Shown piece after piece: positions 38,472-48,984 of a DNA stretch of 64,000 bases. A program made the position numbers and the translations under genes. The stretch lies in IMG/VR virus record IMGVR_UViG_3300031576_000018, positions 1-64,000 of that record; one strand, given 5' to 3'. Positions within the stretch are counted from its first letter, which is position 1, and the number at the start of each line of letters is the position of its first letter. Under the pieces are notes generated by a model. That model saw nothing but the letters and a program-made list of their open reading frames with translations. It was not told where the DNA came from and ran no database searches. The DNA is from a virus.

Positions 38472-39107
38472 ATGAGTGCTGAATTTAACGATTCGGATAA
38501 TGAGCGATTTGACTCTGCTTCTAATATTGCTCCACCTAGCTCTGGGACGGTTATGTTCTGGCTTTACGCTAGGAGTGTCACCGGTAATAGGCGAATTTCC
38601 GGTGGTGAAACTACTTTTGAGTGTAGGCTGAATGGTGCAAGTATGCTCCATGAATTTTTTTCTAACAACGCCACTAACCCGACAGGACAAACGGCAACCA
38701 TTAATACTTGGGAACACTGGGCGTTTACTTGGAATGGAACAAACAAGAGTGTTTACAGGAATGGGGTTCAAGTATACTCTGCGACTAACACACACGGATC
38801 CCCAGTAACGGGTATATTCTGTATTGGTACTTCTCAACACGACCTTGGTGGAACAAACTACTTTTATGGGGCTATTGACGATTACCGAGTTTATAACAGT
38901 GCTGTGTCCGCATCTATTATTCAGTCCATACACGCCGCCAAAGGTGGCGACTCCGTAAGAACTAGTCTTATTCATCAATGGCTTATGCGTGGTGGGGCGT
39001 TTGGGGCTGTTATGACCAACCAAGTTGACCATGCGGGTTCTGTAACTATGAATGTAGTGGGTAATCCTAATTACGGGGAGCTTATTTCTAATGGGAGGAG
39101 AAGGTAA
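38472..39107 (+). CDS. LamG/concanavalin A-like lectin domain protein
   Basis: NTWEHWAFTWNG...VYRNG...FYGAIDDYRVYNSA. Confidence 0.8.
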   Translation: MSAEFNDSDNERFDSASNIAPPSSGTVMFWLYARSVTGNRRISGGETTFECRLNGASMLHEFFSNNATNPTGQTATINTWEHWAFTWNGTNKSVYRNGVQVYSATNTHGSPVTGIFCIGTSQHDLGGTNYFYGAIDDYRVYNSAVSASIIQSIHAAKGGDSVRTSLIHQWLMRGGAFGAVMTNQVDHAGSVTMNVVGNPNYGELISNGRRR

Positions 39108-39568
39108 TGGCAGATGTTTTAAATAGGACAACTAAGCAATTCTTGAGTAGTGTGAATACACCTGAGTACGCAGTTGAGGATTGGGTTATAAATCCAGATA
39201 TGTCTTCAGTTGATGGTGTTCGTCAGGAGTACTTGAAGATCTCTGGAGATTCAGTCTCTGAGATGACACAAGAGGAAAAGAACGCCTACGATAGTTCCGT
39301 CGAAGAGCATGTTCCTTTGTTTGAGGTAGAGGTTTCTTTTAAGGGCAAGATTCAGACTAAGACATGGTACGGGCTAGATAACGGAAATGGAACATATGCT
39401 AATAAGGCGAGTAGTATCACGAATATTTGGTCTGAGAGTAAGGTAACTTCAGAAGTCCATAGGTCATTTTTTAAGGACGGCTCGGTAAAATCCGAGGTTA
39501 CTTACACTCTTTACACCAACCAAGTTGATAGTTCCACTAAACATCTAATTAGAAAGAAGGCAGTTTAA
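39107..39568 (+). CDS. Hypothetical fibre-associated protein
   Basis: Coupled ORF; W.INPD and EMTQEEK patterns. Confidence 0.5.
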   Translation: MADVLNRTTKQFLSSVNTPEYAVEDWVINPDMSSVDGVRQEYLKISGDSVSEMTQEEKNAYDSSVEEHVPLFEVEVSFKGKIQTKTWYGLDNGNGTYANKASSITNIWSESKVTSEVHRSFFKDGSVKSEVTYTLYTNQVDSSTKHLIRKKAV

Positions 39569-39569
39569 A

Positions 39570-40511
39570 ATGGAAGTCCAAGGTTTCCAGACAAGTAACT
39601 ATGATTCTGAAGGGGCATTAGTTGTCTCCGAACCATCTAAGGCTGGTATGAGTGGCAGTAATGGGCTAGACTTCCTGACTCCTAACATTTGTGATCAAAC
39701 TACTTGGTATCAGCAAGCGACTCTTTCTGAGGATGTAACACTTTCTGAGATTTCGTCCACTGTCTTTAGGGATAACGCTAATACCACACATGTATGGATT
39801 AACCCATTTAAGCTAGCGGGTAGGGATTATAGGTTACTATGGCTAGATGGTACGTTCAAGAGTTTACTAGATTTTCGACCTGAGTTCACAGCAAACGACA
39901 CACCCGTCGCTTGGACAGATATAGCGAATGTTAACTTTCTTACTAGGGAAGTCACTTTTAGAACGTCCAAGTCTGGGCAGACTATAAAATTCACAGGGTT
40001 TAAGGTTCTTTCCACAAGTCACTTCCAATTTCTTCTTGTTCCGCCTGCTACAAAGATTTATGAGGTTAGCTATGTGGAGTGCCAATTTAGTCCTGACATA
40101 GGTTTTGAACAATTAAAACAATTTTTACGTTTTGAGGTCTTAATCGGAGCATTTTCCCAGACACCTTTTACTGATTTAGACTTTGATACGCGTTTCTGGG
40201 ATGAGACTTGCTTCATGGCTAATGGTGGATCGCAAGGTCTTGCGTTTAGGCAATCTTTTACAGACCCCTATGCTTATGAGAGCGTGGGTAATCGGGGTGT
40301 TGGGAGTATCCCAGATTGGGGAGGAAAAGGACACACCTCTTTAGTGTTTCCGTTTAACTACGGGCAGTCTGTTAACCTTAAGTCTTCTGCTTTAATGGGC
40401 TTAAGATTACATGTTATAGACTCTGTGGATGCACTTGGTACTGACTCTTCTGGTGCGTTGCAGGGTACTTTTGCTACAACTACTTTCTACGGTTATCTAA
40501 AGGATATGTAA
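39570..40511 (+). CDS. Hypothetical virion protein
   Basis: 313 aa beta-rich ORF. Confidence 0.5.
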   Translation: MEVQGFQTSNYDSEGALVVSEPSKAGMSGSNGLDFLTPNICDQTTWYQQATLSEDVTLSEISSTVFRDNANTTHVWINPFKLAGRDYRLLWLDGTFKSLLDFRPEFTANDTPVAWTDIANVNFLTREVTFRTSKSGQTIKFTGFKVLSTSHFQFLLVPPATKIYEVSYVECQFSPDIGFEQLKQFLRFEVLIGAFSQTPFTDLDFDTRFWDETCFMANGGSQGLAFRQSFTDPYAYESVGNRGVGSIPDWGGKGHTSLVFPFNYGQSVNLKSSALMGLRLHVIDSVDALGTDSSGALQGTFATTTFYGYLKDM

Positions 40512-40514
40512 CAC

Positions 40515-41108
40515 ATGGTAGCCACGGTAAACTTCAATGCTTTTTCTGTTAAGGGTTGTATCGTATTCGAGAGTAATAGAGCTTCTCTTGTGGGTCATGC
40601 TATTAATGCTGTTACTCAAGGAGAGTTTAGTCATACTTTTATTTTTACAGGAATCGAGAAGGGAAAGAGTATTTTCGAGGCTAATGAACGTGGGGTTGTG
40701 TTTGACACTTTTGACCGTTATAGTTCTGTGGATCATAGGTTAGAGGTTTACGCACCTTATTCCCCTCACAGTAAAGTTCTTGAGTCACTAAGTGCATTGT
40801 ACTTCGTTTACCAGCAAAAGCCAGAAGGCTATGGGTGGTTTGAGGTTTTAGGTAATGCCACAGCTAGGCTTGCTCAGGCTATAGGTTGTAAGAACTTTCG
40901 GAATCCCATAGATGTTGGGAAGATCTGTGTAGAGGTCGTCTTTGATTACCTTGAACTGCTAGACCTTATGGATGAGGAGATGTTAGAAGGTTTTTCTACT
41001 GACGTTTACTCCCCAACTGACTTGCTGAACTATGTTAAGTCTCGTCCTGATAGTTTTTATAAAATTCTGGACAAACCCTATGGCGTTAGTGGTGTTTACT
41101 CAGAGTAA
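40515..41108 (+). CDS. Permuted papain-like NlpC/P60 enzyme (YiiX/YebB-like)
   Basis: N-terminal FSHTFI and FEA, later ICVEVV and SPTDL: His-before-Cys order. Confidence 0.65.
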   Translation: MVATVNFNAFSVKGCIVFESNRASLVGHAINAVTQGEFSHTFIFTGIEKGKSIFEANERGVVFDTFDRYSSVDHRLEVYAPYSPHSKVLESLSALYFVYQQKPEGYGWFEVLGNATARLAQAIGCKNFRNPIDVGKICVEVVFDYLELLDLMDEEMLEGFSTDVYSPTDLLNYVKSRPDSFYKILDKPYGVSGVYSE

Positions 41109-41142
41109 CTAATTTGTATCTATAATTTTAAGAGGTATCTAT

Positions 41143-41481
41143 ATGGACACATTAAATCAAGAGGCTATAAATCACCTGACTTCTATAGCCACAGCAGAAG
41201 TAGTTAAGTTAGAGTTAGAAGAAAAAGCCAAGCCTGAATCTGAACAACTTTCTGGTGAACTTAAAAAAAAGTTGGTTATCGCAGGTCTAAAGGAAACTCT
41301 TAATCAGTATGAGAAAACAGGTTTAGCGTTATACCACACGGTAGACCAAAAAATTATAAAATTTCCACCGATTGTTACGCTTGTGGTAGATAACCTAATC
41401 CCTTACTTAAGTGACATTGTAGAGTGGGGTTATTTACAGGCTAATTCCATTCCTTGGTTTAATAGACATAAGAAGAGGTAA
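41143..41481 (+). CDS. Hypothetical protein, weakly holin-like
   Basis: SGELKKKLV motif; GAGG RBS. Confidence 0.4.
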   Translation: MDTLNQEAINHLTSIATAEVVKLELEEKAKPESEQLSGELKKKLVIAGLKETLNQYEKTGLALYHTVDQKIIKFPPIVTLVVDNLIPYLSDIVEWGYLQANSIPWFNRHKKR

Positions 41482-41500
41482 AAGGTCTTTTCTCAGTTAA

Positions 41501-41509
41501 TGTTATAAT
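41501..41509 (+). promoter_or_regulatory. Extended -10 promoter, probably leaderless
   Basis: TGTTATAAT, ATG 6 nt downstream, no RBS. Confidence 0.65.
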
Positions 41510-41515
41510 TCAATT

Positions 41516-42322
41516 ATGACTTTTTCCTTGAGTGCAAACATACAAAATTATACAGATGCTTTGGCGTTCTTCCAGACGAAACTATTACTGGGAAACTGGA
41601 GCCAATTAGCCGATTTAGGTGGGGCGAGGCGTTATCGAATTAAAACGCCTTTCAATACCGCAGGTCTTACTGACGAAGAGTACATGGACTTAATTATTTA
41701 TGACAATCCCACAAACCTTACACTTTCTGCAGCCAAAGGGATGTCAGCAGGTGCGAATGACACAGAGACGCCTGCACCCAATAGAATTGTAATAGGCTCT
41801 TTATCTTTTCCTGTTATCGCTACCATACTAGTTACCAACTCAAAAGTAGTACTCAGTCTGCAAGATTCTCAGGGTGTTGTTAAATCAGCGTTTCTCTGCG
41901 CTGTTAATTACCAACTACTTGACCTGCCTGGTATTACGAATCCAACAAACTTATTTAATCTACAGAATAACTGTCACCTTATTGGAGACCCAGGGAATAT
42001 TCCAGGCACAGCCTTTCTTCTCTACTACGGGGATAACTCGAATCCCAATCAGTTTAATAGCACAGCTAATGTAAAAGCAGTTGGTCCAGATAGAGCAATT
42101 ATGCCAAATATTCAAAATAACAGGTATTGGTGTTCGACTGTGTTCGTAGGCAAGACGTTAGCAGGAAACTTCCAACAATCCATTTACGGTCTTTTAGACG
42201 GTGTAGTCACAAGTAACTCACCTGTTTTCTTCAACTATGACATTTGTCCAGATCAAAATGGGGCTGAGTATAGAGCATACCGGAATCCAAGTTCGCAGAC
42301 TGTGGGGATATTTAAAACATGA
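41516..42322 (+). CDS. Virion structural protein paralog 1
   Basis: Aligns with 42319 protein (NTAGLTDEEY, YW, GLLDGV, YRAYRN). Confidence 0.6.
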   Translation: MTFSLSANIQNYTDALAFFQTKLLLGNWSQLADLGGARRYRIKTPFNTAGLTDEEYMDLIIYDNPTNLTLSAAKGMSAGANDTETPAPNRIVIGSLSFPVIATILVTNSKVVLSLQDSQGVVKSAFLCAVNYQLLDLPGITNPTNLFNLQNNCHLIGDPGNIPGTAFLLYYGDNSNPNQFNSTANVKAVGPDRAIMPNIQNNRYWCSTVFVGKTLAGNFQQSIYGLLDGVVTSNSPVFFNYDICPDQNGAEYRAYRNPSSQTVGIFKT

Positions 42323-43122
42323 GCTTTGCAGGATTTTTAAACAACAATAACCTAGGCGTTATACTCGATCAGATAAAAGTAGAAATGCAAGCGGGTCCTA
42401 CTCCGTGGACATTTGTTTATGATGGGACTGCTTCTTCAATCTCTGCAAACCGTGTATTGATTATGAAAACTAAGTCAGCAGTTAATAGCGCAGGAGCAGG
42501 AACGGAAGAATATTTTTACATCTGCTTAGAAATCACTCTTACGGGACCAGATATTTTACTTAGACTGTGTAAGACAGCTACAGGAGCGGGTGTGGTCACA
42601 GGGTTTACACCAACAATAGATGCACAGGGTCTTGGAAAGATTACTCCCGTTGGAGCCCCTTACCATGCCTACATCGTGTTTAGTGCTAATCGCTTTGCTT
42701 TATTTATTGAGTCGTTCTCCGGAAGTGAGGGTGTTTTCGCTTGTTCAATGTTGACTATGATTCCTACAGGACAATCTGCTAGGAACTTTGCCCATTGTAT
42801 GGGAAAGACAGATAATTCAAATAAGGTATGGGCTTTAGACGCGCCTACTTTCTATACAGCAGACGATTATGATATTTTTGTTCCTGTAGAAGCAGACCAA
42901 TTGAGTGTTCAAGGAACAGTACCTTTTCTTCATTACTGGGTGCAACACGCAGCCGTTTATAAGACAGCCCAGAATACGATGATTGGATTTCTAAACGGTG
43001 TCCATTTCATAACTGACCCTGCGGTCAATTTATTAGACAACTTTACAATGCCCAATTTAGATAACTACAGGGGATTTAAAAATCTAGGCTCCCCAACAAC
43101 CGTTGTTATAAAGGAGACTTAA
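42319..43122 (+). CDS. Virion structural protein paralog 2
   Basis: NSAGAGTEEY, YW, GFLNGV, YRGFKN. Confidence 0.6.
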   Translation: MSFAGFLNNNNLGVILDQIKVEMQAGPTPWTFVYDGTASSISANRVLIMKTKSAVNSAGAGTEEYFYICLEITLTGPDILLRLCKTATGAGVVTGFTPTIDAQGLGKITPVGAPYHAYIVFSANRFALFIESFSGSEGVFACSMLTMIPTGQSARNFAHCMGKTDNSNKVWALDAPTFYTADDYDIFVPVEADQLSVQGTVPFLHYWVQHAAVYKTAQNTMIGFLNGVHFITDPAVNLLDNFTMPNLDNYRGFKNLGSPTTVVIKET

Positions 43123-43123
43123 G

Positions 43124-45094
43124 ATGACTGTTTATGGACCAATTGCCTTAGCAACCCCTGTATCCCTTTTCGATGGCATAGTTAATAGCATAGACGCAAT
43201 TCGTAGTGGTAATGCCACGGGTTGGCATATTACCAAAGATGCCAGAGATCCAGCCAGAGTTCCTATTGTTGCGGGTACGCCCAACCCCACAGGTCCTATA
43301 ACACTAGCTAGAAATAGTGGAGTAGAGCAGTTAACTAATTTTGAAGCGATATACCCCGCATTTAACCAGTTTGAAATTTTGGATGCTGTGAAAGACGGTG
43401 GTGGTGTTATTCACGCATTTATGCGGAGAGTTAACGGAACCACGGTTGTTACAGATATCTTGCGAATAACATCCACAGATGGTGGGCATACGTTTTCTCC
43501 TTGGCAAACAGCTACACCGATTAACTTTGTGAGTCCTCCAATAGCGGGTGTACCTGTATCGATGAAGTTTTTTAAAAGGGTAGACCCAACACCCGGAGGT
43601 TGGGGTATTATTATAGGCTGGGCTGATTCTCCTACAGGTGTTCAAAAAAGAATATTCTTTGGAGAGACGCCTAATTTAACTTCGGTTAGTTTTTTTAATA
43701 CGCCTCTTATTGTAGACGCGGGCGGAGGTTTTTTTAATCAGGACTTCGGTGGTTATTACTTTGTTAACCCTTCTTCTGTTGCGTATGTTTACACGATACA
43801 CGGAGGTAGCATAAAAAGAATGACTATTACAGGAGATACTATTTTAGGGGGAGTAACCGTAGGGCCTTTAACCCATTTTCAAAATTTAGGAAGTATACCC
43901 GGTATAGGGTTTCCAGTAACTAGTAGAATAGATGCTATTTGGATAGACGCAGGGAATGTTAAATTTATTGTCGCCTCAACAAAGGGTTCTTCTGCAACTG
44001 AATCTGGCTGTCATACTCTGACTACACCCAATTTGGAATTAACCGAATCAATGACTCTTGTGCCAGGTGGGAGGGTATTTACAGGATTTTTAGATGGAAC
44101 GGCTACAGCATCTGACAATCTTAACGCACCTTCAGCCGCATTAAAAATTAGTAATAACACTGTAGAGAAATTATTTTGTACAAATAAGCGTTTCGCTTTA
44201 GGAAAATTTAGACTCATCATAAAGGACTTAAATCTCCCAGGCGACTTAGACGGCCTTCCCGATTTAGCAGGTAATAACTATGAACTGGTGGTATTAAAGT
44301 CAGATTACGTTTCTCCTATCGGTGGAGAATATAGCCTGGTTCTCCTCTACCCAGTAACTGTACCGGCTAACACAGATGCCTACACAGCTAGTAAACGACC
44401 TATCTTTATGCGTCCTGTTAGACGTTGGGCAGTTGGCGTGCCAGACAATATTAAACGTTTTTACTTTGAACCACACGCACTACCTAATGATGCCTATGGG
44501 CCTTCTATAGAAAGCCAGCCTACAGTAGGCGATTCCCATCAACTTCACCTAAGAGTTGAGCAGCGAGTTATTCACGCGTATGTGGAAAGTTCTTTGAGTT
44601 TAAAGAAACAAATACTGCATTACAACATTCTCGATACTGAGATTGGAATGAATACAGGCAACGCAGAGTATAACCAGGATAATATTGTTACTTTAGCTAT
44701 GGGAAGTGACCAAGGCGCTCAGTGCATTTATTTAGGGCGCAGTGGGGGTGTAGAAACTTCTGGGTTAAGAGGAACGGGTTATAGTTTTTATCCGTTAGGA
44801 ACAATTGAGAGTTATCAGGGTGTCTTATCAGATAACAACTTAGTAGATGGAATCGAATATGTGTTCGTTCCTTATGTGGCTGACAACGAAGGGACGTTTG
44901 TTACAGCTCCCAATAAAAACCTAATCTATGTTGCAGGAAGAATGAAAGATGTTTTTCTTCTAGGTACAACAAGTCCTAACTTATCTATTGTTTCCGTAGC
45001 TGGTGTGAGTTATAAACTATTTACCCCTTCGACAAATCCCGGTTCTAATTTTGCAGCTTGCTTGCCCAGTCATTTGTTAGTTCGGTGGGATTAA
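43124..45094 (+). CDS. Virion structural protein paralog 3 with beta-propeller-like insert
   Basis: NSIDAIRSGNATGW; Asp-box STDGGHTF; ends LLVRWD. Confidence 0.6.
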   Translation: MTVYGPIALATPVSLFDGIVNSIDAIRSGNATGWHITKDARDPARVPIVAGTPNPTGPITLARNSGVEQLTNFEAIYPAFNQFEILDAVKDGGGVIHAFMRRVNGTTVVTDILRITSTDGGHTFSPWQTATPINFVSPPIAGVPVSMKFFKRVDPTPGGWGIIIGWADSPTGVQKRIFFGETPNLTSVSFFNTPLIVDAGGGFFNQDFGGYYFVNPSSVAYVYTIHGGSIKRMTITGDTILGGVTVGPLTHFQNLGSIPGIGFPVTSRIDAIWIDAGNVKFIVASTKGSSATESGCHTLTTPNLELTESMTLVPGGRVFTGFLDGTATASDNLNAPSAALKISNNTVEKLFCTNKRFALGKFRLIIKDLNLPGDLDGLPDLAGNNYELVVLKSDYVSPIGGEYSLVLLYPVTVPANTDAYTASKRPIFMRPVRRWAVGVPDNIKRFYFEPHALPNDAYGPSIESQPTVGDSHQLHLRVEQRVIHAYVESSLSLKKQILHYNILDTEIGMNTGNAEYNQDNIVTLAMGSDQGAQCIYLGRSGGVETSGLRGTGYSFYPLGTIESYQGVLSDNNLVDGIEYVFVPYVADNEGTFVTAPNKNLIYVAGRMKDVFLLGTTSPNLSIVSVAGVSYKLFTPSTNPGSNFAACLPSHLLVRWD

Positions 45095-47047
45095 GTGGTA
45101 GCACATCAAGTTAAATCTGGGCTAGTTTCTTCGAGGCTGTGGGATCATATTTGCAACTCTATAGACGCTACCCGTAGTGGTTTGGCTACCGGTTGGGCTA
45201 TTTGGAGAGACTGCCGGAATCCTAATCGATTAACAATAAATGAGAGTAGCCCCAATGCACCGCAGGTTGGTAAAGAACCTGTAGGCTTTAGACCAATAGC
45301 CAGAAGAACCAAACAAATCAGCTACACCAATATCTTTACAACGACAAATCCTGTTCCAATTGTTTGTGGTTTCCATAAGACTAATATCTTTCCAGGCATT
45401 TATAAATTACTTTATAAAAGAGGGAATAATATTTATGTTTCTGAATCGGATGAAGGTTGCTTTTATAGGAATGAAGTCGTTACTTTAGACCCTCTGTTGG
45501 GAAATAGCTATTCAGGGATGAGTTTAATTCCCTCTAAATACCTTGATGGTTTCTATGAAATGTACACAGGGTACGTCATTAAAAATGGTGTAATGACCGA
45601 AGTGGGTTCTAACTATTTATCCACTTTTGCTTTCTTTAACACAGATCCATTAGCAGAGCCTGTCCCTATGGATTCTACTTTATGCACTTATAAGTTTGTA
45701 GTCAATGAATTTACCGTGTTTTACGTAAATAGTGGCTACGGCGCTGTGTTCTTCAGAACAGCCACAGGAGATGGAGCCGGACAGGGAGCACTTGCTATTT
45801 TTATGGACTTAACCGATTTAAATTCGCCCAGCGCACCTGTCTTGACAGTAGCACAAGCCGGTGGAGATATTAATAAACTGTTGGGTATTTCTGGGATATT
45901 TTTTAACGGAGGTGCTTATGAAGTTTTAGTTAACGTAGTACTTTTGACTGGGGAGAGGATGGTAATTAAGTTCACAACCCCTAATCCTAAAACGCCTGGT
46001 TCTTACACCAGGGTAGCCGATGATATAGGTGTAGGATACTTTCCCAATAAGGTTTATCAGACCTATTTACAAACAACGGCTTCATCTTCGTTTAATAACT
46101 TCAGTCACACGATAACCAATCAATTTTATGCCAACTCAACTTGGGATGGAACGCCTAGTATTCCTACCGAAGGTAGGGTATTTATACAAAATCTACAAGA
46201 CCATACCCGTGTAAATGGTTTACCTGATTACTCGTTTAATCAATATGAATATGTTGTTTTTAAATCCACAGCGTCTATTCCACAGCACTTAGTCTTACTG
46301 TATCCCAACACAACTAATTCAGATGCCAGTATAAACTCGCTGAAACCTATCTTTATGAGAATGGCTAAAGACTGGGTACTAGGTACAACACTCAACGGAA
46401 AGAATGATACCCCCGACAGGTTTTTCTTTGACCCAGTAATACCCAGTGATATTATGCCTCTGGCAGATGAGGGGTGGTTCCCTGCGATAGAGACTAATCC
46501 TGGAGGAACAATTGACGCGTCAAAAGTATGGCTTCGCACAACATCTTCAACAGTCTTTATAGGTACACAAACGGCGATAACTAATAAACGACAATGGCTC
46601 CTATTTTCAGATACGGGAGGAACCGTTCCTGTCCAGTTTTCTATTATAATGGGTAAAGGAAGCGATAAAGGAGGAGGTTGCTGTTTTCTCAACAACGCCA
46701 ACTTTACCCCATTTCCTTTTCGCTTTGGTTTAGAAGAGTTCTACTATTTAGGAGGAACCGCTTCTTATGCCTTGTGTGTAGAAGGAGTCAATACCGTGAC
46801 ACAACAGGAGCACGCTTTTGATTTAAGAGTATTTATGAATACGGGAGGTTTTTCTGGTGTACCTCACTTGAGTACTATTTTCTCAGCAGGAAAAATACCA
46901 GACTGTTTCTCTCTGCCAGTCAATATTAATATGTTTGGGGATTTAAAAACAATTTTGGGTAATGAGTATTTAGAATTTTTACCCTCTACCTCTGCAAGTC
47001 CCTTCGATGGTATTGTAGAACCTTTTCTTTTAGTGCGGTGGGCGTAA
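45095..47047 (+). CDS. Virion structural protein paralog 4 with insert
   Basis: NSIDATRSGLATGW; GLPD, LVLLYP, PIFMR shared with paralog 3; ends LLVRWA. Confidence 0.6.
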   Translation: MVAHQVKSGLVSSRLWDHICNSIDATRSGLATGWAIWRDCRNPNRLTINESSPNAPQVGKEPVGFRPIARRTKQISYTNIFTTTNPVPIVCGFHKTNIFPGIYKLLYKRGNNIYVSESDEGCFYRNEVVTLDPLLGNSYSGMSLIPSKYLDGFYEMYTGYVIKNGVMTEVGSNYLSTFAFFNTDPLAEPVPMDSTLCTYKFVVNEFTVFYVNSGYGAVFFRTATGDGAGQGALAIFMDLTDLNSPSAPVLTVAQAGGDINKLLGISGIFFNGGAYEVLVNVVLLTGERMVIKFTTPNPKTPGSYTRVADDIGVGYFPNKVYQTYLQTTASSSFNNFSHTITNQFYANSTWDGTPSIPTEGRVFIQNLQDHTRVNGLPDYSFNQYEYVVFKSTASIPQHLVLLYPNTTNSDASINSLKPIFMRMAKDWVLGTTLNGKNDTPDRFFFDPVIPSDIMPLADEGWFPAIETNPGGTIDASKVWLRTTSSTVFIGTQTAITNKRQWLLFSDTGGTVPVQFSIIMGKGSDKGGGCCFLNNANFTPFPFRFGLEEFYYLGGTASYALCVEGVNTVTQQEHAFDLRVFMNTGGFSGVPHLSTIFSAGKIPDCFSLPVNINMFGDLKTILGNEYLEFLPSTSASPFDGIVEPFLLVRWA

Positions 47048-48187
47048 GTGTTAATTCCTGCGTCCTTTACTGTAAACTACGCACCGGGAGCTACCCCTTA
47101 TTTATTTACTGGGCAAAATGCTTACACGATTTTTGTAACCAGTCTTGTTTCTACTGGTTGGACATACACACACGGAGCGGGTAGCTTATCAAACACCAGA
47201 ATCTATCAAAAGACGATTAATGGTGTTTTAAAGTATCTGAGCATAGCGCTTAGCTTCAACACCGGTAGTTTCGCTTCTGTAGATACTTCGGTGGTTGGTT
47301 CTACCTGGTTTAGACCTCTGCTTTTTTGGAGACTGGGGGATTCTTTTTCTGTCGTAGACGCTAACAACGGATTAGTATCTGCGCCTTTTTTAGCAGGAAA
47401 CCTCGCTTTAAATTGTGTTAGAACTCAAAACAGCGCACCTGGTGTTTCCGTAGACCCTGATGATCCTGGAGTGGTTTTTATAAACAGATTCTTCCAGCCT
47501 ACGCATACCGCCAAGTGGTTTTCTTTCCGTTCTTCTGATTCGTATGCAATCGCCTACTGTATTTTTGACAGTCTTAACCAACCCATTTTTATGGATGGTA
47601 TAATGTTCCATGGTATTAGCTCGTATAACCCCGTATACAACGTGTTAAACGTAGCTTGTTTAAACCCACGAACGGGTAATAATTTATTGAGCATTGATAC
47701 AACAAACGGACCGCAAACGCATCAAAATGTAATTTTTTCAAGCAAACCTCCTTTTCCAGGCGGAAACCTTTTTCTTGTGGGAAATACTGATATTGACTCT
47801 ATTTTCTCTGCACCGGATATCTCAAAAAAGAATACGCTAGAAAGACCACCGAACACTGTGTTTAGGGCTTATCCAAGGATAGCTGCAACCCCTAGTCTAA
47901 ATAGTCCAAAGGCTTGTAAGATTGTAGAGAACTACATGGTTATACAAGAACCAGACGCAGGTATCGCACGGCCCGGAGTTATTACTTTGAGCGATCATAC
48001 TTTGTCAGGAGTTATAAACTATCTTCTTGTGTTTGGTCATACTAACGGTATTGTCTCTGACTTTTCTTTAGCTTTATCTACGAGTCCTGCATTTGCAGAC
48101 TTTTATAACAGCGCGTTTGGGGCTAGACTACCTATTACAGGTAGCCCTGTATACAACGTATCTTACATGATTGGACCCAGTATATAA
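47048..48187 (+). CDS. Virion structural protein, probable paralog 5
   Basis: N-terminal helix + GWT, same layout as paralogs 1-2. Confidence 0.5.
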   Translation: MLIPASFTVNYAPGATPYLFTGQNAYTIFVTSLVSTGWTYTHGAGSLSNTRIYQKTINGVLKYLSIALSFNTGSFASVDTSVVGSTWFRPLLFWRLGDSFSVVDANNGLVSAPFLAGNLALNCVRTQNSAPGVSVDPDDPGVVFINRFFQPTHTAKWFSFRSSDSYAIAYCIFDSLNQPIFMDGIMFHGISSYNPVYNVLNVACLNPRTGNNLLSIDTTNGPQTHQNVIFSSKPPFPGGNLFLVGNTDIDSIFSAPDISKKNTLERPPNTVFRAYPRIAATPSLNSPKACKIVENYMVIQEPDAGIARPGVITLSDHTLSGVINYLLVFGHTNGIVSDFSLALSTSPAFADFYNSAFGARLPITGSPVYNVSYMIGPSI

Positions 48188-48948
48188 TGGCAACATTTAG
48201 ACACATAGGATTTTTCGCTAAAGATTTGCATTTTAAGCTACTTCAAGTGCTAACAGGCATTCATTTTATTACAACGTCTAATACTTTAGTTAATGGGTTT
48301 GGAGAAACACTACACGAACCTATATCTGATTTGCAGCCGTTTAAGTTGAGGATAAGAAGTCAGGCTGGGCCGGCTGGTGGAATTAACCTCTCTATCGGTT
48401 TTGACGGGTCTACAGCGGTTGCCCAAAACTACCAAATTCTGCTAGCAGGAACGGGTTTAAATCTTTACGGATTCGTGGGTCTGAACGCTGACAATAAGAT
48501 ACTGTTCTGGTTTACACTTTTTAACCTCAATCAAGTTATAGGCCCTTACACATTTGTCTTACAGAATGTTTATGAAAAGTTCTATGCCAGTGATTTAGGG
48601 CTAGTTATAATCAATAGCAACTTCCGTTCTAACGAGATATGGGGAGATCCCGCAGGCGTACAATACCCAACCACAGCAGGAAATATGACTTTACTTAACA
48701 ATGTCTCTAGTATTTCTGGGGTAGGTAATGTAGATGGTGTGGGTCAGCACGCCGCTTTTGTAGGTGTAATAAGTAGAGATGCGGCTTTATCCAATGCAGG
48801 CGCGAGAGGATTAACTCAGGATGATACTTTTTTCCTCTTTGGACAAAACACAGAGTTGGTTAACCTCAGTCAAATTCAAGTGGATGGACAACCCTGTTTA
48901 ATTGTTCCTATCGCCGCAGGCAAACAAGCTGCAGTTTATTTCCCTTAA
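48187..48948 (+). CDS. Virion structural protein, probable paralog 6
   Basis: Similar size and C-terminal layout (NLSQIQVDGQPCLIVP). Confidence 0.5.
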   Translation: MATFRHIGFFAKDLHFKLLQVLTGIHFITTSNTLVNGFGETLHEPISDLQPFKLRIRSQAGPAGGINLSIGFDGSTAVAQNYQILLAGTGLNLYGFVGLNADNKILFWFTLFNLNQVIGPYTFVLQNVYEKFYASDLGLVIINSNFRSNEIWGDPAGVQYPTTAGNMTLLNNVSSISGVGNVDGVGQHAAFVGVISRDAALSNAGARGLTQDDTFFLFGQNTELVNLSQIQVDGQPCLIVPIAAGKQAAVYFP

Positions 48949-48984
48949 ATTAACTCAACTATTTTCTTGACACCTATTAACCCA

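Noticed and set aside
41516-48948. Diversity-generating retroelement or invertible fibre shufflon
   Set aside because: No reverse transcriptase, recombinase or near-identical TR/VR nucleotide repeats seen; similarity is protein-level only
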